DNA from: Ranitomeya imitator
Lineage: Eukaryota
Reading direction: 5' to 3'
Length of the DNA stretch: 64,000 nt
NCBI RefSeq assembly: GCF_032444005.1
Contig: NC_091289.1
Coordinates: forward strand, 1,612,001 to 1,676,000
A model generated the notes under the pieces. It saw only the letters and a program-made list of their open reading frames with translations, did no database searches and was not told where the DNA came from. The translations under genes were made by a program, and so were the position numbers. Of this stretch, positions 41,581-51,824 are shown piece by piece (the first letter of the stretch is position 1; each line of letters opens with the position of its first letter).

Positions 41581-41959
41581 TACCCAGAGACTCCAGTACA
41601 AAAGCCTAACCATGACATACAAAGCCATCCACAACCTGTCTCCTCCATACATCTATGACCTCGTCTCCCGATACTTTCCTGCACGCAACCTCCGATCCTC
41701 ACAAGATCTCATCAGATCCCAGTGAAGGGATTGACAGAGGGGAGAGGCCGGAGAATAGTGGGGGGGACAGGTGGATTAGTCGGGGAGCTGAGTTTAGAAT
41801 AGATTGGAGGGGTGTACTACGGAGGACACAGCATGAACTTCAACCCAATATTGTGGCCAGCATGCAGCCAGCAGGTAAGGGTGAATCAAACACCCGAAAA
41901 CCCTGCCCATATGACTACAAACATGTGCCGCCAAATTCAGGTGACAGGTTCCCTTTAAG

Positions 41960-42800
41960 ATTTCTGCAAGGGTGTGCAAGTTTGTGGGGTGGGGATTGTA
42001 GACAAGGAGTGGAGAGGGAAAAGAATGTGAGTAGATTGTGGTCAGAAAGAGGAAGAGTTGAGTTAGAGCAGAGGCAAGTGAAGATTAGGTCCATTGTGTG
42101 ACCATCTTTGTGAGAGGCTGCAGAAGACCTCTGAGTGAGGCCGAAGGAGGAAGTGAGAGATAGAAGTTTAGTGGAAGCTGAAAGGGAAGTGTCAATGGGG
42201 ATGTTGAAGTCGCCCATGATGATAGTGGGGATGTCCGCAGAAAGAAAATGAAGTAGCCAGGTGGTGAAGTGGTCAAAGAAGGTGGTGGCTGGCCCTGGGG
42301 GGCGGTAAATGACAGCCAGTTGGAGGTTGGTGGGGGCATTGATGCGCAGAGTGCACCTCGAAGGAAGGGAGGGTAACAGAGGGTGGCAGTGGGATTGGGG
42401 TGAAGGAGCAGTTATCTGACAGGAGAAAACTAACTCTTCCGCAATGCTTGCTGCTGGGGGTGTGAGAAAGGTGGAAGCCACCGTAAGAGAGTGCAGCAGG
42501 AGGGGCTGTGTCAGAAGGGGTGAGCCAGGTTTCGGTGATGGTGAGGAAGGAAAGTTTGTGAGTAATAAAAAGATCATGGATGTAGGAGAGCTTGTTGCAG
42601 ACAGAGCGAGCGTTCCACAGAGCTCCTGTTAGTGGGACTGGGGAAGCGGGGGCTGGGCGAATGGGTATAAGGTTAGAGAGGTTACAGAAGGTTGTGATAG
42701 AGCGTGGATGGGAGGTAGAAATGACTGGGGATGTGGTAAGGAGGACCAGGATTTGGAGAGATATCACCAGCAGTAAGAAGGTGCAGAGAAAGTGTTAGCA
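41960..42800 (-). mobile_element. L2 LINE APE-endonuclease fragment
   Basis: ALWNARSVCNK..TETWL..VIYRPPG..IIMGDFNIPID. Confidence 0.85.
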
Positions 42801-43159
42801 GGAGAGGGCATGAGGGGCTGTCTGTTTGGAGACATAGGATTGTATGTTAAGGAACAGTTCTGAGGTGAGGTGGATGGGGAGGATTGAAGAGATGAACAGT
42901 TCCTTACTAGGAATAGGGATTAGGGGAGTTTGCAGAAAGTGAAGGTTATAGGGGTGAGTGTGACAACAAACATTGTTTACAGTGACTGTGGCCAGTTACC
43001 TTCAGGTTCAATTCTGGTTTTCATTCTACTATAATCTTCACACTTCTAGGACACACTTATAGGGATCACACAGCAGACATGTAGATAAATATGTAGCAGT
43101 ACAGACACGGAGGGCTATTAACTGCATGAAGCATAGAAGAACATGATGCGAGGAACCTG

Positions 43160-44717
43160 ATTATAGTTTAAGGTTTTTGAATGGGCCACACAGGGATAGT
43201 TAGGTTAATGCGTTGAGGCGGTAGACAAGTCTGAACAAATGCATTTTTAGAGAACGCTTAAAACTGTGGGGATTGGGGATTAATTGTATTAACCTGGGTA
43301 GTGCATTCCAAAGAATTGGCGAAGCACGTGAAAAGTCTTGGAGACGGGAGTGGGAGATTCTGATTATTGTTATCCTCAGGTCATTAGCAGAACGGAGAGC
43401 ACGACTAGGGTTGTAGACAGACCAGAGAGGGGATGTAGGGTGGTGCTGAGCCATGGAGGGCACAGGTAGGGTGGTAGACTGAGACCAGGGAGATGTAGGT
43501 GGTGCTGAGCCATGGAGAGCAAGGGTAGGGTGGTAGGCTGAGACCAGGGAGATGTAGGTGGTGCTGAGCCATGGAGAGCAAGGGTAGGGTGGTAGGCTGA
43601 GACCAGGGAGATGTAGAGTGGCGCTGAGCCATGGAGTGTTTTGTGGATGAGGGTAGTAGTTTTGTACTAGATTCTGGAGTGGATGGGTAACCAGTGTAAT
43701 GACTGGCACAGGGTAGAGGCATCGGTTTAACGGTTGGCGAGGAATATGATCCTGGCAGCAGCATTCAGGACAAATTGGAGCAGGGAGAGTTTGGTAAGAG
43801 GGAGGCCGATTAGTAGAGAGTTACAAAATAGTCCAGACGAGAATGAATAAGTGAAACAGTAAGAGTTTTTGCAGAGTCGAAAGTAAGAAAAGGGCGAATT
43901 CTAGAAATGTTTTGGAGATGCAGATAAGAGCGAGCCAATGATCGGATGTGGGGGGTGAATGAAAGCTTGGAATCAAGGATGACCCCAAGGCAGCGGTCAT
44001 GTTGCTTGGGAGTAATAGTGTAACCGGACACGGAGATGGAAATGTCAGGCAAAGGTAAGTTAGTAGAGGGAGAGAACACAAGTTCAGTTTTTGACAGGTT
44101 CAGTGTCAGATATAGGGGGGACATGATGTTAGAGATAGAGGTAAGACACTCACTGGCATTTTCTAAAAAGGCAGGCGTGATATCAGAAGTGTATAATTGA
44201 GTGTCATCAGCATAGAGATGGTACTGGAAACCAAATCTACTGATTGTTTGTCCAATAGGGGCAGTATACAAAGAGAAGAGGAGGGGGCCTAGGACTGATC
44301 CTTGAGGAACCCCAACAGTAAGGGGAAGGTGATAGGAGGAGGAACCAGCAAAACATACAGTGAAGGATCGGTCAGAGAGATAGGAGAAAACCACGAGAGA
44401 ACGGTGTCCTTGAGGCCGATGGAGCGGAGCATAGTGAGGAGCTGATGATCCAGTGTCGAATGCTGCAGAGAGATCCAAGAGAATTAGCATGGAGTAGTGA
44501 CCACTAGATTTAGCTGTTAGTAGGTCATTAGAGACTTTAGTGACGGCAGTTTCAGTAGCATGTAAAGAGCGGAAACCAGATTGAAGAGGATCAAGAAGAG
44601 TTATCTGAGAGATAGCGGGTAAGACGGCAGTGGACCAGGCGCTCGAGGAGTTTCGAGATGAAGGGAAGATTAGAGACAGGTCTATAATTAGCGGCACAAT
44701 TTTGATCGAGGGATGGT
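43160..44717 (-). mobile_element. L2 LINE RT and 3' end (degenerate); further L2 pieces at 41600-41715 (+) and 45715-45950 (-)
   Basis: [36 protein letters not shown]. Confidence 0.88.
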
Positions 44718-45542
44718 TGTCACGGATCCCTTCTGTGGTGTCACTTATTCGCCACATGCCCGCTCTCACACGTGACTTGGGGTTGTGCCTGCAAGGGTTA
44801 ATCTATCTCCCCACTCTCAGTCCAGCATTCAATCTCTGTCCTATGCTGTAATGGGAGCATAAATAACACCGACCCAGGCCACACACCCGCTCATACGCGC
44901 TGCCACCACTCACCGAATACACGGGCGATGAGTCCCGGAACGAATAATACTAATAATGTATCACTCATAAGGCTCACACACCTTTGGCTGTGGATTCTTT
45001 TAGAACATTCAAGGTTCAACTTGTTAAACTTTGATACTTTAATAACAAAAGGTTCAATGCTTACAATAAGAAAAAGGTATAAAAATATGATCATAAAAAC
45101 TTATGCAAAACAATATAAAATAAAGAGAAACTTACAGAAATTATCTAACTGGTAGTTGCTTCTGCTTCCTGACGGTAAGATGTAGATTGGATCACACCAG
45201 CTTCTCAGGCTGCCCCCATCATGTGAACACAATTCTGTCTGCAGCTTAAATTTATAACGTTGGCCTGGAGGTCAGGTTTCTAGACCGGCCCCTCAAGTTA
45301 ATGTCATAATTGCTGGCTATCTGAGTGGTCACTACTAATGAATATATTATTTTCCTCTTGAGACACTTGTGAAAAGGTTCTCAGGAATAGATGCCCTCAG
45401 GCCGCAATTAGCATCTTCCCTCCAAGACCTAGGAGGTGCCAAATGTTACCTTTCTTCTTGGCCCTAGAGAGACCTCCTGGTGAGATATGGAGACAATTTC
45501 TACTATTCCCAAGGAAGTACCTATTAACACCTAAGTGCGACA
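44718..45542 (-). mobile_element. Solo-LTR-like element; a diverged partial copy lies in opposite orientation at about 16100-16775
   Basis: TGTCAC..GCGACA termini; 44760-45330 is the reverse complement of 16200-16770; no clean TSD. Confidence 0.55.
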
Positions 45543-46379
45543 TGCCTTCAGGACAGATGTTACATTATCACTAGTCACACATATAACTCTAGACATAGGT
45601 CACTATACACGTATAGATATATATACACATATTTCACCACACATCATCACTAGTCACACACATAACCCTAGACATGTCGGTACACACAGTTATACAAACA
45701 CACATTTCACCACAGGACCAGGAGCTTGAGGAGTTTAGAGATGAAGGGAAGATTAGAGACAGGTCTATAATTAGCAGCACAGTTTTGATCGAGGGAGGGT
45801 TTTTTAAGTAATGGCTGTATGATGGCATGCTTAAATGAGGAGGGAAAAATACCAGAAGAAAGAGTTTGAATATTTTTGTTAGGTGAGAGGTGACAGCGAC
45901 TGGAGGAGATGTGACGGAATGGGGTCACTGGTGCAAGTGGTCGGGCGGGAAGATGCAAGGAGCCCGATGTCTATAGCTAGCCAGCCATCTATAGTTCTGT
46001 GAGTAAACATTAGTCTTCCATGGAGTATGGAAATGAAGAGGTCGGACCAGACATGACATCACAAGTTTTTTTTTTGTAAAATATTATATCTTTATTTACA
46101 AAATAGCACATAACTCTGCGTGAAAAAAACGCATCAAAACTGTGGGGACTGGTTACCTGTTTTGTGCCAAGAGATACGGAATCTGCGCAGAAACTTCCCC
46201 AGGTAAATCTGCAGCGTGTGCACACGGCCCTGGTGGCGGCTTCCGGCCTGGACTTCAGGGTGTGGCGCTGGGGCCACCCTAGCTGCAGACCCCCATAGCG
46301 TCACAGCCGCCGCCGCTGTCCCTGCAGTGAGCGGACACAGGCGGGATGGTGCGGGCCCCTCAGAGGCCTCCTGGGCTCG

Positions 46380-46689
46380 GGCCGCATTACCTCAGGTCAC
46401 CGCTCAGTGTCGCTCGCTCCTCCAGGACTTGGCGGGAACGTCCTGCACCTCCGGCTCGCGCCTGTGACTGAGCGCGCTCCTAAATGCGCGCCAACCACCT
46501 TCTCTAATGCACCAATCAGCGTCAGGACTAGTGCAGCCTGGCAGCCAATCAAAGCGCAAAGCTTCACAGCCAATCAGCACGCCCACTACACAGACGGCCT
46601 TCTGCGCGCTGTGTAGTCACATGATCTTGTTGCTGTGGAGACGCTCGCAGTGTGGTGACGTCATCTTTATGCGCCGCGGCTGCGCGGGG
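46380..46689. promoter_or_regulatory. CpG-island, apparently bidirectional promoter of terf2ip
   Basis: Three CCAAT boxes (46512, 46545, 46570), TCACATGA 46617, CRE TGACGTCA 46656-46663; minus-strand donor CTGAG|gtaatg at 46391/46390. Confidence 0.7.
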
Positions 46690-48094
46690 ATGGCGGTGCC
46701 GGAGCTCTTGTGTCGCTCCCGGTCGCTGTTTATCTCGGACCTCGGTCCCATGCGGTTCTACGTGCGGCCCGGGCCCCTGAAGAGGCAGCTGTCTCCGCTC
46801 ATCACTTCCGGCGGCGGGATCATGTGCCGTGTGCAGGAGCCCGGGGCTTTCCTCCTCGCAGACCCCGGAGAGCGGCTCGGCATCCAGTACATCTCCAGCT
46901 CCTACATCACGGACTGTGTCCGCAGCAACCGGAGACTCTCCCCCCGGAGCTACCGCCTGCTGAACTGGAGAGACGCGGAGAGGACCCGAGCAGGGGCCCC
47001 TGAACCGGCACCGAGGAGGACGGAGAAGAGTCACAGCACGGGGGGCCCGAGAGAAGGAGTGGGCCACACCGGGCAGGAGAGGGATCCCAACAGCAATGTC
47101 TGCCCCTCGGGGGCCCCCGCATCACGTGACCCTGAGCAAAACACTGGGGCCCCCGCATCATCTGACCCTGGGGCCCCCACATCACGCGACCCCGGACCAA
47201 AGACTGGGGCCCCCGCATCACGTCACACTGGGGCCTCCGCATCATCTGACCCTGAGCCCAACACTGGGGCCCCCGCATCACGTGACCCTGAGCAAAACAC
47301 TGGGGCCCCCATATCATCTGACCCTGGGGCCCCCGCATCACGTGACCCTGAGCAAAACACTGGGGCCCCCGCATCACGTGACCCTGAGCCCAACACTGGG
47401 GCCCCCGCATCATGTGACCTCGGGCCCAACACTGGGGGCCCCGCATCACGTGACCCCGGCCCAAAAGCAGGGGTCTCTGGTATGAAGAAGGAACCAGCAG
47501 TTGAGCAGATGGAGTGTACAGGATGTGACCCGATAGGATTAAGGACCCACAGGGGGCGCCGCGCCACAGAAGACCATCGAACCAAGGCGTCTCTGCGGAA
47601 CATGGTGCCAAATCGGATTTCATCGGGTTCGGTGGGGCGGGTCCGGTTCAGCAGGCAGGAAGACATTGTCATACTACAGTATGTCCAGGAGAACGAGGGG
47701 CCCAATAAGCCAGCGACCGGGAACCTCCTGTGGAAGGAGCTGGAGAAGAAGCAGCTGGTGCAGAGGACGTGGCAGGCCATGAAATGTCGCTACAGAATGC
47801 ATATCCTGCGAAAGAAACACCTGTACAAGCTGCTCCTGCGGCCCCCGGCACCCAGCAAGACCCCCAGGACCAGAGCAGGGGCCACCGGAGACATCACTGC
47901 CCCGCAGCATGATCCCCCGCCTGCTGACACCTCCCCGAGATCTGCCCCCTCTCTCACTGCAGGTTCAGGGGGCCCAAGAAAGGGGGAATTATGTAAAGAT
48001 GTGTCCACTGATGATGATGGCAGCCCCCCAGAAGGGAACACTGTGACCCGACGACGGAGAGTCGCCACAAACGCCTCAACAGAAAAGGGAAAAG
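46690..48094 (+). CDS. terf2ip: TERF2-interacting protein (RAP1)-like, first coding exon: BRCT + repetitive linker + Myb domain (468 codons + 1 nt)
   Basis: BRCT SLF..PMRFYVRPGPLKRQLSPLITSGGGIMCRVQEPGAFLLADPGE..YITDCV..YRL; Myb GRVRFSRQEDIVILQYV..TGNLLWKELEK..TWQAMK.RY; Kozak gggATGG (in-frame ATG also at 46669); phase-1 donor AAAG|gtgcgt, as in vertebrate TERF2IP exon 1. Confidence 0.9.
47108..47465 (+). repeat. Coding minisatellite in terf2ip exon 1 (11 units of 36 or 24 bp, GAPASRDPEQNT-like)
   Basis: Units read directly from the sequence and its translation. Confidence 0.9.
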
Positions 48095-48236
48095 GTGCGT
48101 ACGTGTTATTCAGGAGGGAGATTGGGGTATGACCCTCTATAGGGCACCACCAAAAGAGACGTGCCGCATGGTGGGCAGCAGACCCCGATCACATGACGGG
48201 GGCCGCAGTCCTCATTCCACACCACGTTCTAAATTA

Positions 48237-49187
48237 CCGTATATACCTGAGTATAAGCCGATCCCCCCTCCTCTAATTTTGCCACAAAAAACGGGGAAAA
48301 CTTAATGACTCGACTATATGCCTAGGGTGGGAAATGCAGCAGCTACCGGTAAATTTCAAAAATGAAAATGGATACCAATAAAAGTAAAATTAATTGAGAC
48401 ATCAGTAGGTTAAGTGTTTGTGAATATCCATATTGAATCAGGAGCCCCATATAATGCCCCATAAAGTTTATGATGGCCCCATAAGATGCTCCATAGAATA
48501 ATATGCCCTGTATGCTGCTGCGATTAAAAAAAAAAATGACATACTCCCCTCTCATTGCGGGCGCCGGGGGCATGGGCAGGCGGGGACACCGGCGTGCTAT
48601 ATGGGGGCCAGGTGCAGGAGCCGCCGCCCAACACTTGTGATATTCCCCTGTCCCCTTTCCACCTGCTGTGCCTTCCGGCTCTCTGCAGTGACTGTTCAGG
48701 CAGGGGGCACGCACTAAACACGTCTTTGTGCCCTCTGACCTGAACGTCACAGCCAAAGGACGCAGAAGACACAGCGGTGGACCGGGGACAGGCGAATATT
48801 GCATGGGTCACCCTCCCCCGTCATACTTACCCCCTCCTGGCGCTTCTCTGATAGTCTCCGGCTCCGTCGATCTTCCTGTGTTCAGTGGTCACCGTTACCG
48901 CTCATTAAAGTAATGAATACGCGCTCCACGCCTATGGGAGAGGAGTCGCGTCCATATTCATTACTTTAATGAGCGGTACCACGTGACCGCAGAACGCAGG
49001 AAGAGCTGCGGAGTCGGAGACCATCAGGGAAGTGCAGCCCGCGCCAGGAGCAGGTGAGTATGTCACAGCCGCCGCTCCCCCTCCCCCCACCAACCCTCTG
49101 GACAACGACTCGAGTATAAGCCGAGAGGGGGACTTTCAGCCTAAAAAAATGCTCTGAAAATCTCGGCTTATACTGGAGTATATACGG
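48237..49187. mobile_element. Non-autonomous Tc1/mariner-superfamily (Tc2/pogo-like) element in terf2ip intron 1
   Basis: TA|CCGTATATAC..GAGTATAAGCCGA ... TCGGCTTATAC..GAGTATATACGG|TA. Confidence 0.8.
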
Positions 49188-49677
49188 TATTCCACAAATG
49201 CTGTTATTTTCCTCTGATTTTCTCGTATAATGGCCGTGGTTCGGCCACACGTTGAGTATTTGGTGAGTTTTTTGCTTTAGTATTTGTAGACAATATCAGA
49301 AGTGGAAGAATCCGGAAACGTATCATAGAAACTCGTCCCCAGTTCTGCACTTATCACCCACTCGTGGTTGTGGCTACAAATATGGACGACGTGAAACAGT
49401 GGCCAAATGCTGATAGTGTGAATGTGGCCGCACTGTTAACTCTTCGTCTGCCCACTGGCTTATACTCTGCGTTCCAAATGATTCCACAAATGCTGATACT
49501 TTCCTGGACGCAGAGGAGTCGTATAACGTCCAATCATCGGCCGTTCGAGGATCAATCACATTTATTGGACAAATCTCCCAATAACAACAGAATTTGTTTC
49601 AAAAGTAAAAACCTGAGAAAGCAGCAAATTCTTCTGCAGAACGAGGGTCCGGACATGATGACAGTTTTCATTTTCAG

Positions 49678-49838
49678 AGCAGTTCTGGGATAACAGTATC
49701 AAATTTGTAGCAGTGGAGAAGGAAAAAGAGGATTACGGGGATAGCCTGGAGATTTGTGGGCAGCCCCGGGGTGTCCTCCAAGGACTCTTCTGTTTCCTCT
49801 GTCCACCCAGATCTCCCACAGATGGAGGTTGTGTCTAA
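49678..49838 (+). CDS. terf2ip: Candidate downstream exon of terf2ip (EQFWDNSIKFVAVEKEKEDYGDSLEI..*); alternative acceptor at 49811 (DLPQMEVVSNE*)
   Basis: Phase-1-compatible acceptors ttttcattttcag| and tgtttcctctgtccacccag|; acidic peptide but no clear homology and no strong donor. Confidence 0.3.
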
Positions 49839-49965
49839 TGAATGAGAGGCAAGAACTGAGATCCGATTGATTCCTATGACTAGAGGCGAGTCGGGATCCG
49901 CTCCATCTTCAGATAATCCCAATATATGGGGTCCGTTAGCAATTGTCGCTCCTCTCACCCTTTTT

Positions 49966-50283
49966 GGGTATGTGCACACGTTCCGGGTTCCATTGCGGAT
50001 GTTTCCACGCGGGTTCTGAAAAAACCACAGGTAAAACACCCTGCACTTTACCTGCGTTTTACCACGGATATTGTGCGGATTCCAATTATGGAGCAGGCGT
50101 AAACCGCTGAGGAATCTGCACAAAGAATTGACATGCTGCGGAATAAACCGCACCGTTTCTGCGCAGAATTTTCCGCAGCATGTGCACTGTGGATTCTGTT
50201 TTCCATAGGTTTACATGGTGCTGTACAACACATGGAAAACTGCTGCAAATCTGCAGCCAAATCCGCAACGTGTGCACAGAGCC
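49966..50283. mobile_element. MITE with GGGTATGTGCACACG-type TIRs
   Basis: Imperfect TIRs GGGTATGTGCACACG / CGTGTGCACAGAGCC; a related fragment at about 46100-46225. Confidence 0.6.
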
Positions 50284-51824
50284 TGAATCAAGGAGATGAC
50301 CTCATCCCAAAATGGGCCCGTCTGTCCACATCCCCACATGACTTGCATCCAAGGTGCCTCCTCAGTCCCACACCTCGGGCGTTCGGCATCGCTGCCGTAT
50401 CCTCTGCTGTGACAAGCTGGGAGACTTGTATCCTCTGTGAATTTCACAGGGAAATAATGTGGGGCGTTTCTAGAATCTCCTTTGCTCCATCGATTTAGGG
50501 CCAACATCCACCTTCCATTTAGCTTTACCTGTCAGTGGTGATTATCCAATGACAATGACAAATTAACCCCTTTGTGTCACGTGTAGAAGCAGTAGTATCT
50601 GTTAGGGGATAATGTGTGCAGAGATCCATCAGACCCGAGTGAGCTGAGAGCATGTCGGACATGTAGGTATTGGTAAAAAGCGTTAAGCCATAAAGTGAAT
50701 TCCTCTTGGCGCTGTTGAAAACGTTTAGGCCACGATCCCACGGTCAGGATAGAGCAGCGTGTTTTAACTAAGCGCGTTCTGGTGACGCAGGTGAATCCGT
50801 CTGTGTTCACTGAACCTTCCAGATACACTGCATGCAATGAATGGCTGTGGGTGAGACCCCCGCTGCCGATAATTGACATGCTGCGCTGTAACCCCACACC
50901 GCAGGGAGTTTACACAGCGACAGACACAAGCACAGCGGGCGCAGGGTTTCTAGGAATCCATCCTCTGCGATTGTGACCTACAACTAGGGCTGTGGGCTCA
51001 GTAACCAAACCCCCCACTCCACAGCCCCGGCCACCACTGACATGGACACGACGAGCAGCGGATTCATCTCCCCTGAGATCAGGAACAGAACGGACGTTTC
51101 CAGGACATCCTGCACTACTGCCCCCAATGTCTTGTATATGATAGGAGTCGCGCCATTTTATACTGTCTCAGACTCCACAGTCCTGCCTGGAACACACATG
51201 TGCTGCGTCCAAACCTCTGCTCTTCCAGATCGCGGGCACGTTCCCGGACAGAGTTTGTCAATAATTGCGCCAGATCCTTTTTGCTCCCAATAAGAAAAAA
51301 ACTTTAACTTTCATCCTTCACCCAAATTGGGATTATGCCATATAAATTCCCTGAACATGGTTTGTACAAGATATGGGGGAGAAAGCCGAGCGTACGTCGC
51401 ACATATAACAATTGGGGACCTCAGCTGTACATTTATGGGGTCCACGTTTTGTGTGCCACACTGAGGCGTGGTACCGACACGTGTTCCCAAGTACTAAGTT
51501 TGTCTACAATTAGCTGAGATTGTTCCAGCATTGGAGAACGGGCCGAGGATCTTGTGGCATCAGAACAGATTTATTCCAGTTAATTGATAAACCTGCCGAC
51601 CTCCTGACACTAGTGATATACGTCATCTATAAAGAGCAGCACATCGTCTGCACAGAGACTCGCCCGCTCTGCGAATTCTCCACATTTCAACCCACTAAAA
51701 TCGTGTGACTCTCCTAGGCAACATGTCAGGGGGGTACAATGGCCGGGGCAAAGAGAAGGGCAACGACTGACCTCCCTGCCAATGTCCTCTGTAACTTATC
51801 AGAGTCGGCAGCTGAAGGAGCGAT

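Noticed and set aside
46507-46689. N-terminal 61-aa extension of the 541-aa ORF
   Set aside because: The ATG at 46507 lies upstream of the three CCAAT boxes and is probably not transcribed; RAP1 homology starts after 46690
48095-48132. ORF-track C-terminus of RAP1 (AYVLFRREIGV*)
   Set aside because: It follows a good phase-1 donor (AAAG|gtgcgt) and is most likely intron
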